Below are positions 12,001 to 24,000 of a stretch of DNA of 50,378 nt, in pieces; the first letter of the stretch is position 1; every line of letters starts with the position of its first letter. The notes below the pieces were generated by a model. That model did no database searches, was not told where the DNA came from, and worked only from the letters and a program-made list of their open reading frames with translations. The DNA comes from Elusimicrobiota bacterium. Lineage in GTDB: Bacteria > Elusimicrobiota > Elusimicrobia > F11. The DNA is taken from NCBI GenBank assembly GCA_043732015.1, contig JAYTIE010000261.1, positions 1 to 50,378 on the forward strand, read 5' to 3'. A program made the translations under genes and the position numbers.

Positions 12001-15000
12001 GGACGGACCGCTGGAGCAGTAACACGGAGGTTGTCCGGAATCGCCTCAACCGGGACGACGGGCCGGGCCGGAACCACCACGGGCGGAACCGCCGGGTTCA
12101 CCGGCGCTGCCGCCGGTGTGACGACAATGAGGAGGTTGTTCAGCCGGATCACGCGGTCGAGCGGCGCCACGGGGTTCTGCCCTAGGGCCAGCATCAGAAG
12201 GAAATTTTCCGAGATCAACGAGGGCGCTTCGCCCTGGGTCGACCAGCCGAGAGTCGTGTTAATACCCGGGGCCACTTCGTCCACCTTGAAGTACGCGTAT
12301 CCGCGCCCGCCCCCGGGAAGGCGTTTCACGCCGAGAATCCGCCCCGCCACGCCCCGGGCACGGTCTTCATAGCCGGTCGCCGTGGGGCCCAATGCCTTCG
12401 CTTCCGCGGGATGAGCGGTCAGCCAGGCGTTGAATTCAACCTGCGCCATTAAAAGTTGAGAAGTCAGTTCCGGTGAGAAAACGGCGGACCAGTCCGGCGT
12501 GCGGTCGTGAAATCTGTTTACCGCGGCGTCGAGCTCGATGCGCGCGGCATCTTTCTCAATATCTGTCTTTGCTTCCCGCAGCGCTTTCAGCCGCCCTTTT
12601 ACTTCCGCGGCCACGGCTAGGTTTCCGGCAGCGGCGAGGCGGAACCGCTCACGGTTTCCCGTAAAGTCATACCCGACAATCTCGTTCTTGTCGTTCCGGA
12701 TGGAATGCTGCTCGTCCATTTTCTGGAACATCGTATGGATATCGGAGATTTTGACCACCTGCTGGCCGCGGGCATTGCGATAGCCGATAATTTTGTCGAT
12801 ACCGATCAGCGTGACCGCCCAGGCATTCGCGTCGGTCGGAAGGATATTCGCGGAGATGTCTAAATTGCGGTCGATTCCAGGGAGCCAGCCCGCACGGAAC
12901 CGCGATTCCTTGGCGTCCCAGCAGTTGTCGAGGAGGAACGACAGCACCTTGTCCGCGGCGAGGCGGTACCGTTCGTCCTTGGTCAATTCATAATTGCGCA
13001 TGAAAATGGCATACGCGTCGATCTGGTGTTCCGTCGTGTAGACGGTCCAACGCGGGATTCTTTCCCGGTCGCCGCCGAAATTCTGGTCCCGCGTATCGCC
13101 CAGTTTCCCAAGCGGCCCGTGCGGAATGGCGCCGTTCTCGCGCTGCATGAGCAAAGTGAAATCGGCGGACCGCAGCATGAGCCGCTGCAACATGAGGTCT
13201 TCCGGAGAACCCGGCGTGACGGCCGCGCGGAGGTTGGCCGCCACGACGCCCACGAGAGAAATGGGACCGCTGTCGACGTTGAACTCCGCCGCTTTTACCG
13301 TCTTGTCGCCGCGGGTGCCGGTTTTCGATCCGGTGACCCAGACCTTGGGCATCGCCACGCGTTCATTTTTTTTGTTCAGGTAGAAAACATCGTCCCGGGT
13401 CGGCCACATTTCATCCAATCGGGCCATCAAGGCGATGGCATCCTGCAGGTCTTCCTTGATCCCTGTCCCCGCCAGCGTACGCGCTGTCATGATCGCGTCG
13501 TAAAGGAACGAGACGCCCTGAAGCTGAAGGTCGCCCGAGCTTTCCGGGAAGATCCGGTTGGCCAGACTGGCGCGAACAAACGCGCGCGCCGCCGCCAGGT
13601 TCTTTTCCACGGATTCCGTGACGACGGCCTGCGGGCCTGCGACGGGTCCCTGCACGCCTTCCTGATTCCCAACCTGCATGACCAGATTCAGAATCTCGCC
13701 GACGGGCGCGTTGAAGACCGCCGGAACGATCTGTCCCGCCTGATCGATCACGCCAGGAATTCCATCGCGCCGCGCGCCTTCATTTCCCTCGATCATCTGG
13801 AGGAGAATCGCTTCAAGCGGGTCGCGGAAAGTGGTGCCCAGGCCCGTGTTCGGATCAATGTAGGTGCGGTAGAGCTCCGCGCCCAGAAGGCCGCCGGGAC
13901 CGATGGGCGTCGGGATCGAAACGGAAATGAGCGCGTCCCAATATCCGGAAAGTTCGTTGTGCGCGTGGCTGCCGAGGACTGATTGCGCGGTTCCCACCGC
14001 CATTTTTCGCTCGACGATCTGTCCCGCCGAATTGATCAGATTGTCACGGAAACTTTCGAGGGGCGCGGTGGCGTCGGTTCTTTCGAACTCCCGAACCGGC
14101 GAGAGGCCGGTGACGGTCAGCGGAAGCGTCGCACCCGGAACAACCGCGCCGGTTTCAGGATTGGAGACCAGCTTGCCGTCGGCGCCGAGCGGGACATTCG
14201 CATTCATGACAACCGGGGAACCGGCCTTCTTTGTTCCGCTCCAGGAGGCGAGACCTGACGCATTAGGAATTTCGTACTGGAACGCCGTCACGTCGCCAAG
14301 GAAATTCTCGATCTTTGAGCGCCGGACACGCACGTCACGCACGCCCTTTTCCTGCATGAGGTTTACCCGGTAGGTGGTGGTAACGCCCTTGTCGCGCTTG
14401 TTCTCAAGTTCCTTCAGAACCGCGTCCTTGTTGATCGGGGTTCCGGCGGAAAGCGCCCGCGCGTTCGCCTTGGCGACAATAACGGGATCCCGCGATAGCC
14501 GGACGTTGATCTGGATGACCGGGAACGTGTAACTCTTTCCGGTCACCTCGTCCTTCACGACTTCCGTCGTCACCGGAGCCAGCGAATAGAGGTGCGTCTT
14601 GTGGCCTTCGGGATCCAGCGTGAACTTCGGGATCAGCACGCCGCGGACGCCGAAGTCGCGCTGAATTTTTGCCGCTTCGACCGTGTCGTATTCCGTGGTC
14701 TTCGTGTAGGAACGAACGGTGGCGGGCCTCCCTTCGATGAACTCGAGGGTCGTCGTCTCGCGGCTGAGGACTTCGCCGGCCGCGTTCAGGTATTCCACAA
14801 AATCAGGTTTTTCGGAACTGAGGACGTCCCGTCCATTCCGCTCCGGCACGACGAGATACCGCATGATCTTCGTCTTTCCCGTCTCCAGCAGATACGCATA
14901 GCCGTCGCGGTCGATGACCCGGCGTTCAACCGCCCTGCCGCCCTCTTCAACAACCACGTTGCTCGGAATCCATCCGCCCGTGATGGGGTGCCGGATGAAC

Positions 15001-18000
15001 CCTGAGTTGTAGGTGGTCTGATAGCCCGAATCCACGCGAACCACCTGCCCCATCGCGTTGACATGTTCCGTCTGAACCTGTCCGGTCCTGAGATTGGTGA
15101 TGGTATCGACATAGTTTCCGTCGTTGTCGACGCCGCGGACCTTGGCCTTGACCCCGTCGCGCTCGATCTCAATGAGCCCTGGCCGCGTTTCGCGCGTGCC
15201 CAACCACTTTCCGTTTTCAAAAACCTGATGCTGCGTATACTCGGCCAGTCCGTTGTCTCCAAAAGCCGTCACGTCCCGTTCCAGGTCGTTTCCTTCGGAA
15301 ATCGCCCGGAATATGACGATGTCTTTGCCCGCCGCCGTCTTCCCGACGTGAACCGGCGCAAAGTACGAGTTTTTGGCCGTGAGTCCCACGGGCGCGTCCG
15401 CAGTGGGTGTTCCGCGGATCCAGAAACCCATCAGCTTCCCGGCCTCGCGGAACTCTTCCAGTTTGAAATTCATCACGACCTTTCCCTTGAAGATCTGCTG
15501 GGCCGGAATCTCCACGACCATGAGAGTTTCCAGGGAAAGACGGTCGCCGGCGGCTTTGTCCATGTCCAGCACCATGCCGCCGGGCATCACGCGGCGAGCG
15601 ACGTTTCCATTCACGTCTCGAAATTCGATGACGGGCGGCCCCGTCGGATTTCCGTCCCCGTCGCGAGGAGAAGCGATCGGCCAGGATTTGAATTTTGCGA
15701 GACCGCCTTCGAACACCGGGCGCTGCTTGTCGTCCACTTTGTCAGGAGTCGATTCGGCGAGAACGTCATGGTTGGCCGGATAGCGGCCCGCCTTCGCTTC
15801 ATTCTTCGCCCAGCCCAGCATTGCCTCACGGTTCTCATTCAGGATCAGTCGCCGGTTCGCTTCTTCGGCTTCCGTGTAACCCGAGGGCATCTTGGCGGTG
15901 GGATCGGCGACGAGGATCACGACTTCCTTCACGCCGTCCTTGTTCGTCCGGACAAAAATAGGGGTCTTCACCTGCTTAATGAGGTCGTCCTGCGCGTAGG
16001 GATTGGGAATGGCCGCGTTAAACTCGTCGCGGAGGCGCTGATAAGCGGCGCCCTTCTTTTCGCCGGGACGGTCCCGCTCCACCCGAAGGAAGCTCGTGTC
16101 CGCGGAGAGAACAATGGCGCCGCCGCCGTTGCCCGGTTTGAACACTGCTTTGACGTCGTTGGCTTCGGAGGTATTCGAATCGATGGCCTTCTTCTGGCTG
16201 TCCGTCAGTTTGGTCTGGCCGTACAGGCGCGCGACGTCCGCCTGAAGGGCGCCCAGTGTGGCCTCGATGTCCAGCTTCGTGGGATCAACCAGCTGGTACT
16301 TGGCCAGCTCGACGCTTCTCGGCGTCGCGATGATCTCGTAGATAAATTCTTTCCCGCCTTCGGTAACGCGGAAAACCCCGTTCACGCCGGCGCCAACGCG
16401 TTCCCCGTAGTTTGCCTCCGCCATTTTCGCCGTGGCCTCGTCGATGCCGGCATCTCCCGGTTTCGCCTCCACCATGCGCAGGGATTCAGCGTCGTACTTC
16501 CGGTATCCGCCCTTCTGCTCAACTTCCGCGTATTTCGGGTAGTCCGCGATCATTCTCTTCCAGGCGTCGACTTCCGCCGCACGGTCTTCCGATGAGGGAA
16601 TTTCCGTCCACGACTCGATGAACCGCCCTTCGAGGTCGTAGCGGCGCAGCGTGCGCCCTTGGACCACATACTTGCCTTCGGCATTTTCCCACGCGATCCG
16701 GTCTATCTGGGCTTCGTCATCCACCTTCTTGCCGCCGATATCGGACTTCTTGGCGCCGATCTTGGCCTTCTCCAGCACAACCTGAAAATCACCCGAGTCT
16801 CCTTTCGGATGCGCCTCAACGGTGAAAGCCTGAACCGGATTTCCTTCCGCCTTCGAATGGATGTACCCGCCGCCCGCCTTGCGAACTTTGGCGCGCGCGT
16901 CGGCCACGTCCATCTGATGTTTCCGTAGCAGAACTTCTTCCTGCTGGTTCTGAAGGCCGCCGCGATAGACACCACGGATCTCGTCAACGCTGCCGGACCC
17001 GTTCTTGAACTGATAGGCAAAGTCTCCAGTGGGATTGATAATGATGTCCGCTTCCGCGAGCGTTCTCAGGTTCTGGCCTGTGGGGTCGAGGAACCAAAAG
17101 CGCTCCTTGGCTCCCCACGACGTGTCCTTGCCGTTCTTGTATCGCGTGATCGCACCCTGAAAGTCTCCCGAGCTCGTCAACGCCAGAAGCGTCATGGGCG
17201 CCGTTCCGAGCTGGTTCACCCCGTCCAGGAAGGCCCGTTCCGCGGCGAGCTTTCCGAAGCCGATCGAATAGCCGTAGCGATCGTTCTTCACCAGCTTTCC
17301 ATCCTTCATCACCATGGGACGGGCATCGCGCGCGATGCTCGTGTTGTAGCCGAGGTAGGAGCCCAGGCCGTACCGCCCGCCCATGCGGATGGCGGTGGCC
17401 ACGTCCGCTCTCGAGGGATAGTAAGAACCAAAAAAATTCGGGAACCGCGTGTAGTCATCTCCCTGATAGAGCTCGGTCGGGGCGTATTTGTTGCTCGTAC
17501 CGGGAGGAGGTACGCTGTAGGAGAAGGGGCGCCTGCGGCCGATCGTCAATTTCTCTTCCCAACCGGACATGGCGCGCTTGCGTATCAGGTCGGCCCGCGT
17601 GTCTTCAGGCATCTCAATAGCGAGACCCGGGAACGGCGTCAGGTACGGTTCGGTCCACGACATCGCGCCGCTGGCCACCATCTTGTTCAGCCATTCCATG
17701 TACTCCACCTTCTCGAACGGAGACAAGTTCAGGAAATAGATGACCGCCTCGTCGGACATGACGTCCGCGGGACTGGGTTCACGCCCGGAGAGGAAGGGTT
17801 TTATTTTCGCGGCGACATCGGCCGGAAGTTTCCAGTCGTGCGGGCTGTAGGGCAGACCCGGGAGTGGCTGCTCAGAATATCCGAGCGCTTCCGCGAACGC
17901 GAGGCGCCTCTTCATGTAGAGCTGCTCGATCTTTGAAAAGGCCCCGCTGGTGGAGTACGCGCCACGCGTGAAAAACTGGACAAAGGGAAGGACGTAAAGC

Positions 18001-21000
18001 CGGCGGTGCTTGTCCCTCAGTTCGTCCATTGCGCGTTCCGGGCCCAGCGTGACGATGCGCCACTCGAAGGTATCCTTGCCGTCCGGCCCCTTGACCTGAA
18101 CGGGGCGGCGCATGCCGAGAACGCCGTCGAACGCGGGACCGAACGCCATTTTGGGATCCGTGTTCTGGTTGAAGAAATCCAGATTATAAGGACCGGCCTC
18201 GCCTTTCAGCGCCGCCGCTTTCAGCGCGTCCGGGTAGAAATTGTTTGTTTCCCGCGCATAGAGATGTTCCAGATCGTCGCCGACATTGATGACGCCCAGT
18301 TCCCGCAGGTGATCGTAGTCGTAGGTCAGCTTTTCCAGGATTCCGGACTCGATAACCGAGGCAACCCAGCCGGAAAGTCCCGTCCCGGAAAAGTCAGGGA
18401 AGGTCTCCGTTACGGATTTTCCGTCGGATCCGGGCCACTTCGGCGTAAACGTCATCGTGATCATCGTCGTGTCCGCGGACCGCTTCGTCGTGATGTCCAT
18501 GTACGTTCCCTTGTACACGCCATCCTTGATGTTCTGAGCGCGAGAAATCATTTGCGTCTTCTGGACGAAATCCCAGATGGGGCCGGAGCTGTCCATGGGA
18601 GCCCGGACCGAAAGAGGACTATGGAAGGCGGCGACGGTGCCGTCTGTCCGGGATTCGACCGCGCCAATGGGGCCTTTCTCGTAGCGAATCTTCCTGTCCT
18701 TCACCGGATCGGTGAAGAAAACCTTTCGGTACTGAGCGCCACGCTGATCCAGCCCTTCGATCGAGGCGATGGTTCCGTCTTCCCACAGTCCGTATTTGAG
18801 AGTTTCCGTCTTGATCAAGCGGGCCGTCGCCCGTTCCTCCGGAGAAAGTTTGTCGAACGCGGCCGCCATTTCGCCGGGGCGGACAGCGGCGGCGCGCAGG
18901 TCTTCCCACGAGTTCAACGGATCGCTTCCATCACCCTTCACGATGAATCCATAGACCTGCGTGACAGCAACCCCGATCTGGCGGAGAGTAAAGTCACGCT
19001 CGCGCACCGACCTCTTGTGCGCGAAGCGGGCGGGCACCGAACCGCTCATATCCACTTCCTTCAAAAGATCGCGGAATGCCCGGCCGAAATCGGGGTCCTT
19101 GAGTTGACGTTCGTTCTTGATGGTCGGAAAAAATTTGTTGATGCTCGGGTCCGTCACTTTCTTGATGGACCCGTCGGGCTCCCGGTCATTGAAGACCCAC
19201 ATCGAATAGGATTCTCTCTTCCCGATCATTTCATGCGGAGCGACCCGGATTCCGCCGGGACCAAACACCAGCACCTGATTTCGGCTCATGAGTTGATCGA
19301 TCGTGGTGACCTCTTTCTGGTTGGCCTCGGGAATCGGTTCTCCGTTGGGCCCCTTCACAACCAGATACCGGAGATCGCCCTTCGCCACCGCTTTCGAGAT
19401 ATAGCTCGGCGCATCGCGGTAGATGAAATCGTGCGTTGTGATCGCGGTCCACTTGTCTTTAATCTTTACCTGGATCTGAACGCGGCCCGCATCCGCCCAG
19501 TCCAGCACCTGCTCCCCGAGATGCACTTCGAGTCCTTTGGCGGCCGCTCCTTCATAGGCGGTTCCGTCGAAATTCAGGAGCGCCATGTCGAGATCCGTGT
19601 CCAGCCGGGCCTCGACGGCGCCATGCGCCGTCGCCAGCTCCCGGTTGTAAGCGGTCTGCGCCTTCAGCAGGCCGTAAGCCAGCGCGGCCTCTCCGGAGAA
19701 AACCTTCAATCCGCCAGCGGCCATGATCCGGCGTCCGGCCTGAGCTGAGCCCGGAGGGAAAAGCCCTTCCTGCTTTTTTGGCTCGAGAACATAGACTTCG
19801 AGACCGAGGCGCTTCGCGACGATGTCCACTTTCTGATTCTTCGCATGCCCGAACTGAACCAGCTCCTCCCAGGTGATGACCTTGCCGTCGTTGCGAGGAT
19901 CCACGAGGACCACCCACGACTTTCCGTCGACGTCACGGAGCTGAATCAGCTGATCTGCGGTGATGACAAAAGGTTTTCCATCGGGACCCAGGGCCGGGAT
20001 TACGTCCTGGTTCACCAGGTGCTGGCGCACCGGATGTTCGGAGCCGCGCGGATCCGGGTCGATGGGTAGCTTCAGCTTCTTTCCATCCATCGTGATTTCC
20101 ACACCCGCCGGGAATGACGGAGGCAACACGCCGGCGCCAGGGAAGTCGGGTTCCGCAGGAAGGGTCTTACGCTGGGTGAAGAGCGCACCGCCGGTGGTGA
20201 TGCCCGTTCCGGTATCACGAATAACCGGATTCCGGCTCGACATGTTCGGACTTTTTGTTTCTGCAAGAGGCGGCAGTTGGCCAGCACGCACGCCAAAATT
20301 GATTTCCCCCGCCGCGTTGGCAACGGGGTTTCGCCCGCCCGCGACAATGCCGGGATAGGCGTCGGCAATGAGCGAGCCATCTTCCTTGGTCGATCCCATC
20401 GTGTTGAATCCGAATCCGGTCTGGACCCCAAATGCTGATTTTCCATCGGGTGTCACGGCGTAAGGGCGGCGGCCATCCTTCAGCCGTCCCAGCGACGCCT
20501 GAATTCGCATGACGGCAAGCGCTTCAGCGCGCAGCGTGGCGGCGTCGGTGCGAAGATTGACGTCCGCGTTTTCCCGGAACCACTTCTCCGTTGGGGGATT
20601 GATCTCGAGGATCGCCGCCAGCTCCAGCTTCAATGCGACCACTTCCGCGGTCCACTCGAACGAGATGATCGAATCCGGCCCGCCCAACTTCAAATCTTTC
20701 CGGTTGGCGACAAAATCGTAACCGAGCAGCCGCTTCTCTCCGTCGCGGACCCCGTGTTCTTTGTCCATCTCCTTCAGCATTAGCACCACTTCGGTGATCG
20801 GCATGACCGGCGTATTCCCCGTAACAAGGCGGTTCAGCCCCACCATGCTGAAGAACCAGACCTGGTCCGTCGGATAGCGGTTCATTTCCTTCGTGAGATC
20901 GGTGCGGTCGATGGCGGCATTCGGACGGTCGGGATCGCGGTAGGTACCCGCGTAGAAACGGTGGGCCTTCGCGTTCCACATGTTGTCCATCGCGAACTTC

Positions 21001-24000
21001 TGGGCCCGGGCGGCGGCGGCCGAATATTTGGCGTCGCCAAGCAGGGTGGAAGCGGAGTTCAGAAGCAGAATGGCATCACCATGGTGCTCGAGCGTGAAAT
21101 GGTTCGCGCGGTCCTGCGTGCCGAATTTCTGGGACTTCTCATCTTCAACCAGCTTGCCGTCCTTCTCAATCATTCTTCCCCAGGGGCCGTTCCGGATGCC
21201 GCCCTCGGCGCTCTGCATGATCAGCGCGTACTCGGCGACTTCGCGGAGATGCCCGATCAGGGCGGCGCGCTTGGGGTGATCCTTGGGCATGCGCTGAAGG
21301 ATGTTGGAGAGCGCGATTCCATAATGAAGCACCTGTCCGGAATCGACGAAGTACTCCGCCGCGGCGCCCGTCTTGGCGTCAGCGCCGGTCATCATGACGC
21401 CCTTCTCGAACTTGACCCGCTGGCCCTTGCCGTTAAAATAGGTGACGTCGCCATTGCGCGGCCATTCAGTGCCGACGAGATCCAGAAGATTGATGGCCTT
21501 GTTGAGATCCGCGGCTCTCCCCGTCGTTCCCAGGAATACCGCGGTGATGGACGTGTCGTATAGATAGGCAATCCCGGTCTTATCCGTGGAGCTAAATGGA
21601 TATTTATTTTCCTTGGGGAACGCGTCATTCACGTTCTTGTAGGACGAATTCCGTGTGCGGGTCAGTTCGTCATCCACAGGACGGGGATCGGAACGGTCTT
21701 CCTCGTCAACCCCGGGCTGTTTTGCCTTCCCAGGGACTGTCCCGATATTTTCCTTCGGCTCGACGCGCCCCTTGTCCGTTTCGAAAAGAGCTTCCTTGGG
21801 AAGGCCGTGTTCGCCGGTCTGCCAGTAAAGATCGCGCCATGAGTAGGGACTTTTCGGCTCGTTGATGCCATTGCCGTGCATGGGGAGTTGTGGATTGAGC
21901 ATGCGCCATTGATCGCCGAAATTCCGGATCCGGGTGGCGCCGTCGTTCAGATTAAGGAGAACGGTGGAAGACAGGAGTCCATCGGGAGCGGCCCAGGACA
22001 GCTCAGTGGAATGATCGAATTTCGACCCGGTGGGCGGCGCGTACTTCCGGGGAACGCCGCGGAAAATTTCCACAGGAATCTTTCCCCGGTTCAAGTCCAG
22101 CGGGATCCCGGCCAGTTCGCCAGTCAGGGCGGCTTTGTTGTCCCGAATGCGCGCGTTGCGGAGAATCCCGCGCGTCGTTTCCAGTTTGGCCACATCCCCG
22201 GTGACAATTTCAAAACGGCTCGGGCCTTCCGCCTTCCCGGTCTTCACAAAAATCCGGATGCTGAATGAACGCCCTTCTTTCTCTCGAAGCGCCAGAAGGG
22301 ACGGAAGCTGTTCGGGGTTCAGAAGCTGGCCCGTCGGGCCAAGGCTGATTCCTTTCCTGGCCAGGGTTGCGATCAACGCCTGGCGTTCTGCAGGATCGTC
22401 TTCCCGGCTGCTCGCCAATTCGTAGACGACGTTCGTCCGGTTCGCCACGAGGAATTCAGATACGTCTTCGGAGGTCGCGAAACGAAGCGGGCTGCCTTTG
22501 GAATTCACGATCTCCCACGAGTCGGTATAGACCGCCATCGCGAATGTATCGGAATCGACTATCTTCTGGACTTCCGCGTGGCGCGCGCCGATCTGTTCAT
22601 TGGCCTTGGCGCGATTCGCCAACTCGCGCACATCCGCGACGCCCTTGGTCGCCTTCTGAGTTTCCTTGCCCAGACGTTCCTCTATGACGCCAGGGATTCC
22701 CGGCACCTTGCCTTCGCCGACAGCCGACGCGTGACGTCTTTCTTCATCCGGTGTCAGCACACGCCGGGGATCGCGCGTATCGCCGTATGCCGCTTTCTGC
22801 AAAAGGGACAGCGCCGCGCGCTGCGGATTGAAGATGTCGCGGCGCTTTTCGCGGGGCTGAAGGTCTTTGAGGTCGGGATTGTCAGGGAGGAGACCAGGTT
22901 CCTTTGTGTCCTTGCCCTTCTCCTTTTCATTTTCCTGAACGACTGGCGCGTTACCACCGGGCCCGTTGAGATTCTGGAAGACATTGTTCAAGGTAAAGAA
23001 GGCAAGAACGCCACCGAGGATGGCCAGAATCGCCAGCCACTTATAGGACCATCCGCCCGGGCCCAACAGGCCAAGGAGACGGCGGCCGGCGGGCGGTCCA
23101 CGGCCATTCGGCGTAATCACGACGGGCGTCGTCGGCCCGTTGGCATCGGACGAGGAAACTTCTTCTGCCCCAGTGTTCGCGGGCGGCGTTGCAGGGGGCG
23201 TGACCGGTGCCATCGCGACAGGATCGTTGGCGACCACAGCGGCGACACCTTCCACGATCACGTTGTTCAGTGTCAAAAGAGGATTCTGTTCGACCACATT
23301 GAACGGAGAGGTGATCGCCGAGGCAATCGCACCGAGTTCATCGGAAATGGCGTCCATTCCAATCAGCGCTTCCAGAGAGACCACCGGGACGGGCGGCTCC
23401 GCGGACGCCTGCGGCGCTGTCAGTTCTGATTTCTTGAATTCGAGTTCGGTCTGACCGGCGGGGACCCCTTTGGTCACCGTGAGGGTCACGCGACCCATTT
23501 CAAGACCCGGGTCACGGCCCCCCTGCAGATTCCGCGGAAGCGTTTCGACGACCGCCGAGTCTCCCTCGTTCAGTGTCAGCGTGACCGAACCCGGTCTGTC
23601 CTGCCAATCGGACACCGACAGCGAATCGTCCTTTCCGATGACGATCACTCGAAACCGGCCCTGGCGTGGAAACGAAACCGAGAACGTCTGGCGGCCCGCC
23701 TGCTCGGCGGTGCGCGGTTCCAAGGTGGTGACCGCCGAGGCGACGGCGAGAACGGGCTGCGCGCGGGCAACGATCCAGGGCGCGGGTGTGTCGCTGGTGT
23801 AGGTTGTCTTCTGCCGGATCAAACGGTCCAGGAGCGGCAGATTCCCGCGCGGCGCGAGCTGCCACAGGTTCATGCCTTCGGGGAGATTCGCTTCAGCAAC
23901 GGTCTCGTAGCGCGGAACGTTTTTCTTGGTCAGCCGGACCCGCATCCATTCCGCCTGGTTGATGCGGACATAGTAGGCATGGTCCGGTCCGGTTCCGAAA

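Noticed and set aside
15063-19748. Plus-strand ORFs 15063..16595 (510 aa) and 18006..19748 (580 aa)
   Set aside because: Same reasoning: they are antisense shadows of gene B, and the minus frame here translates into well-behaved globular sequence.
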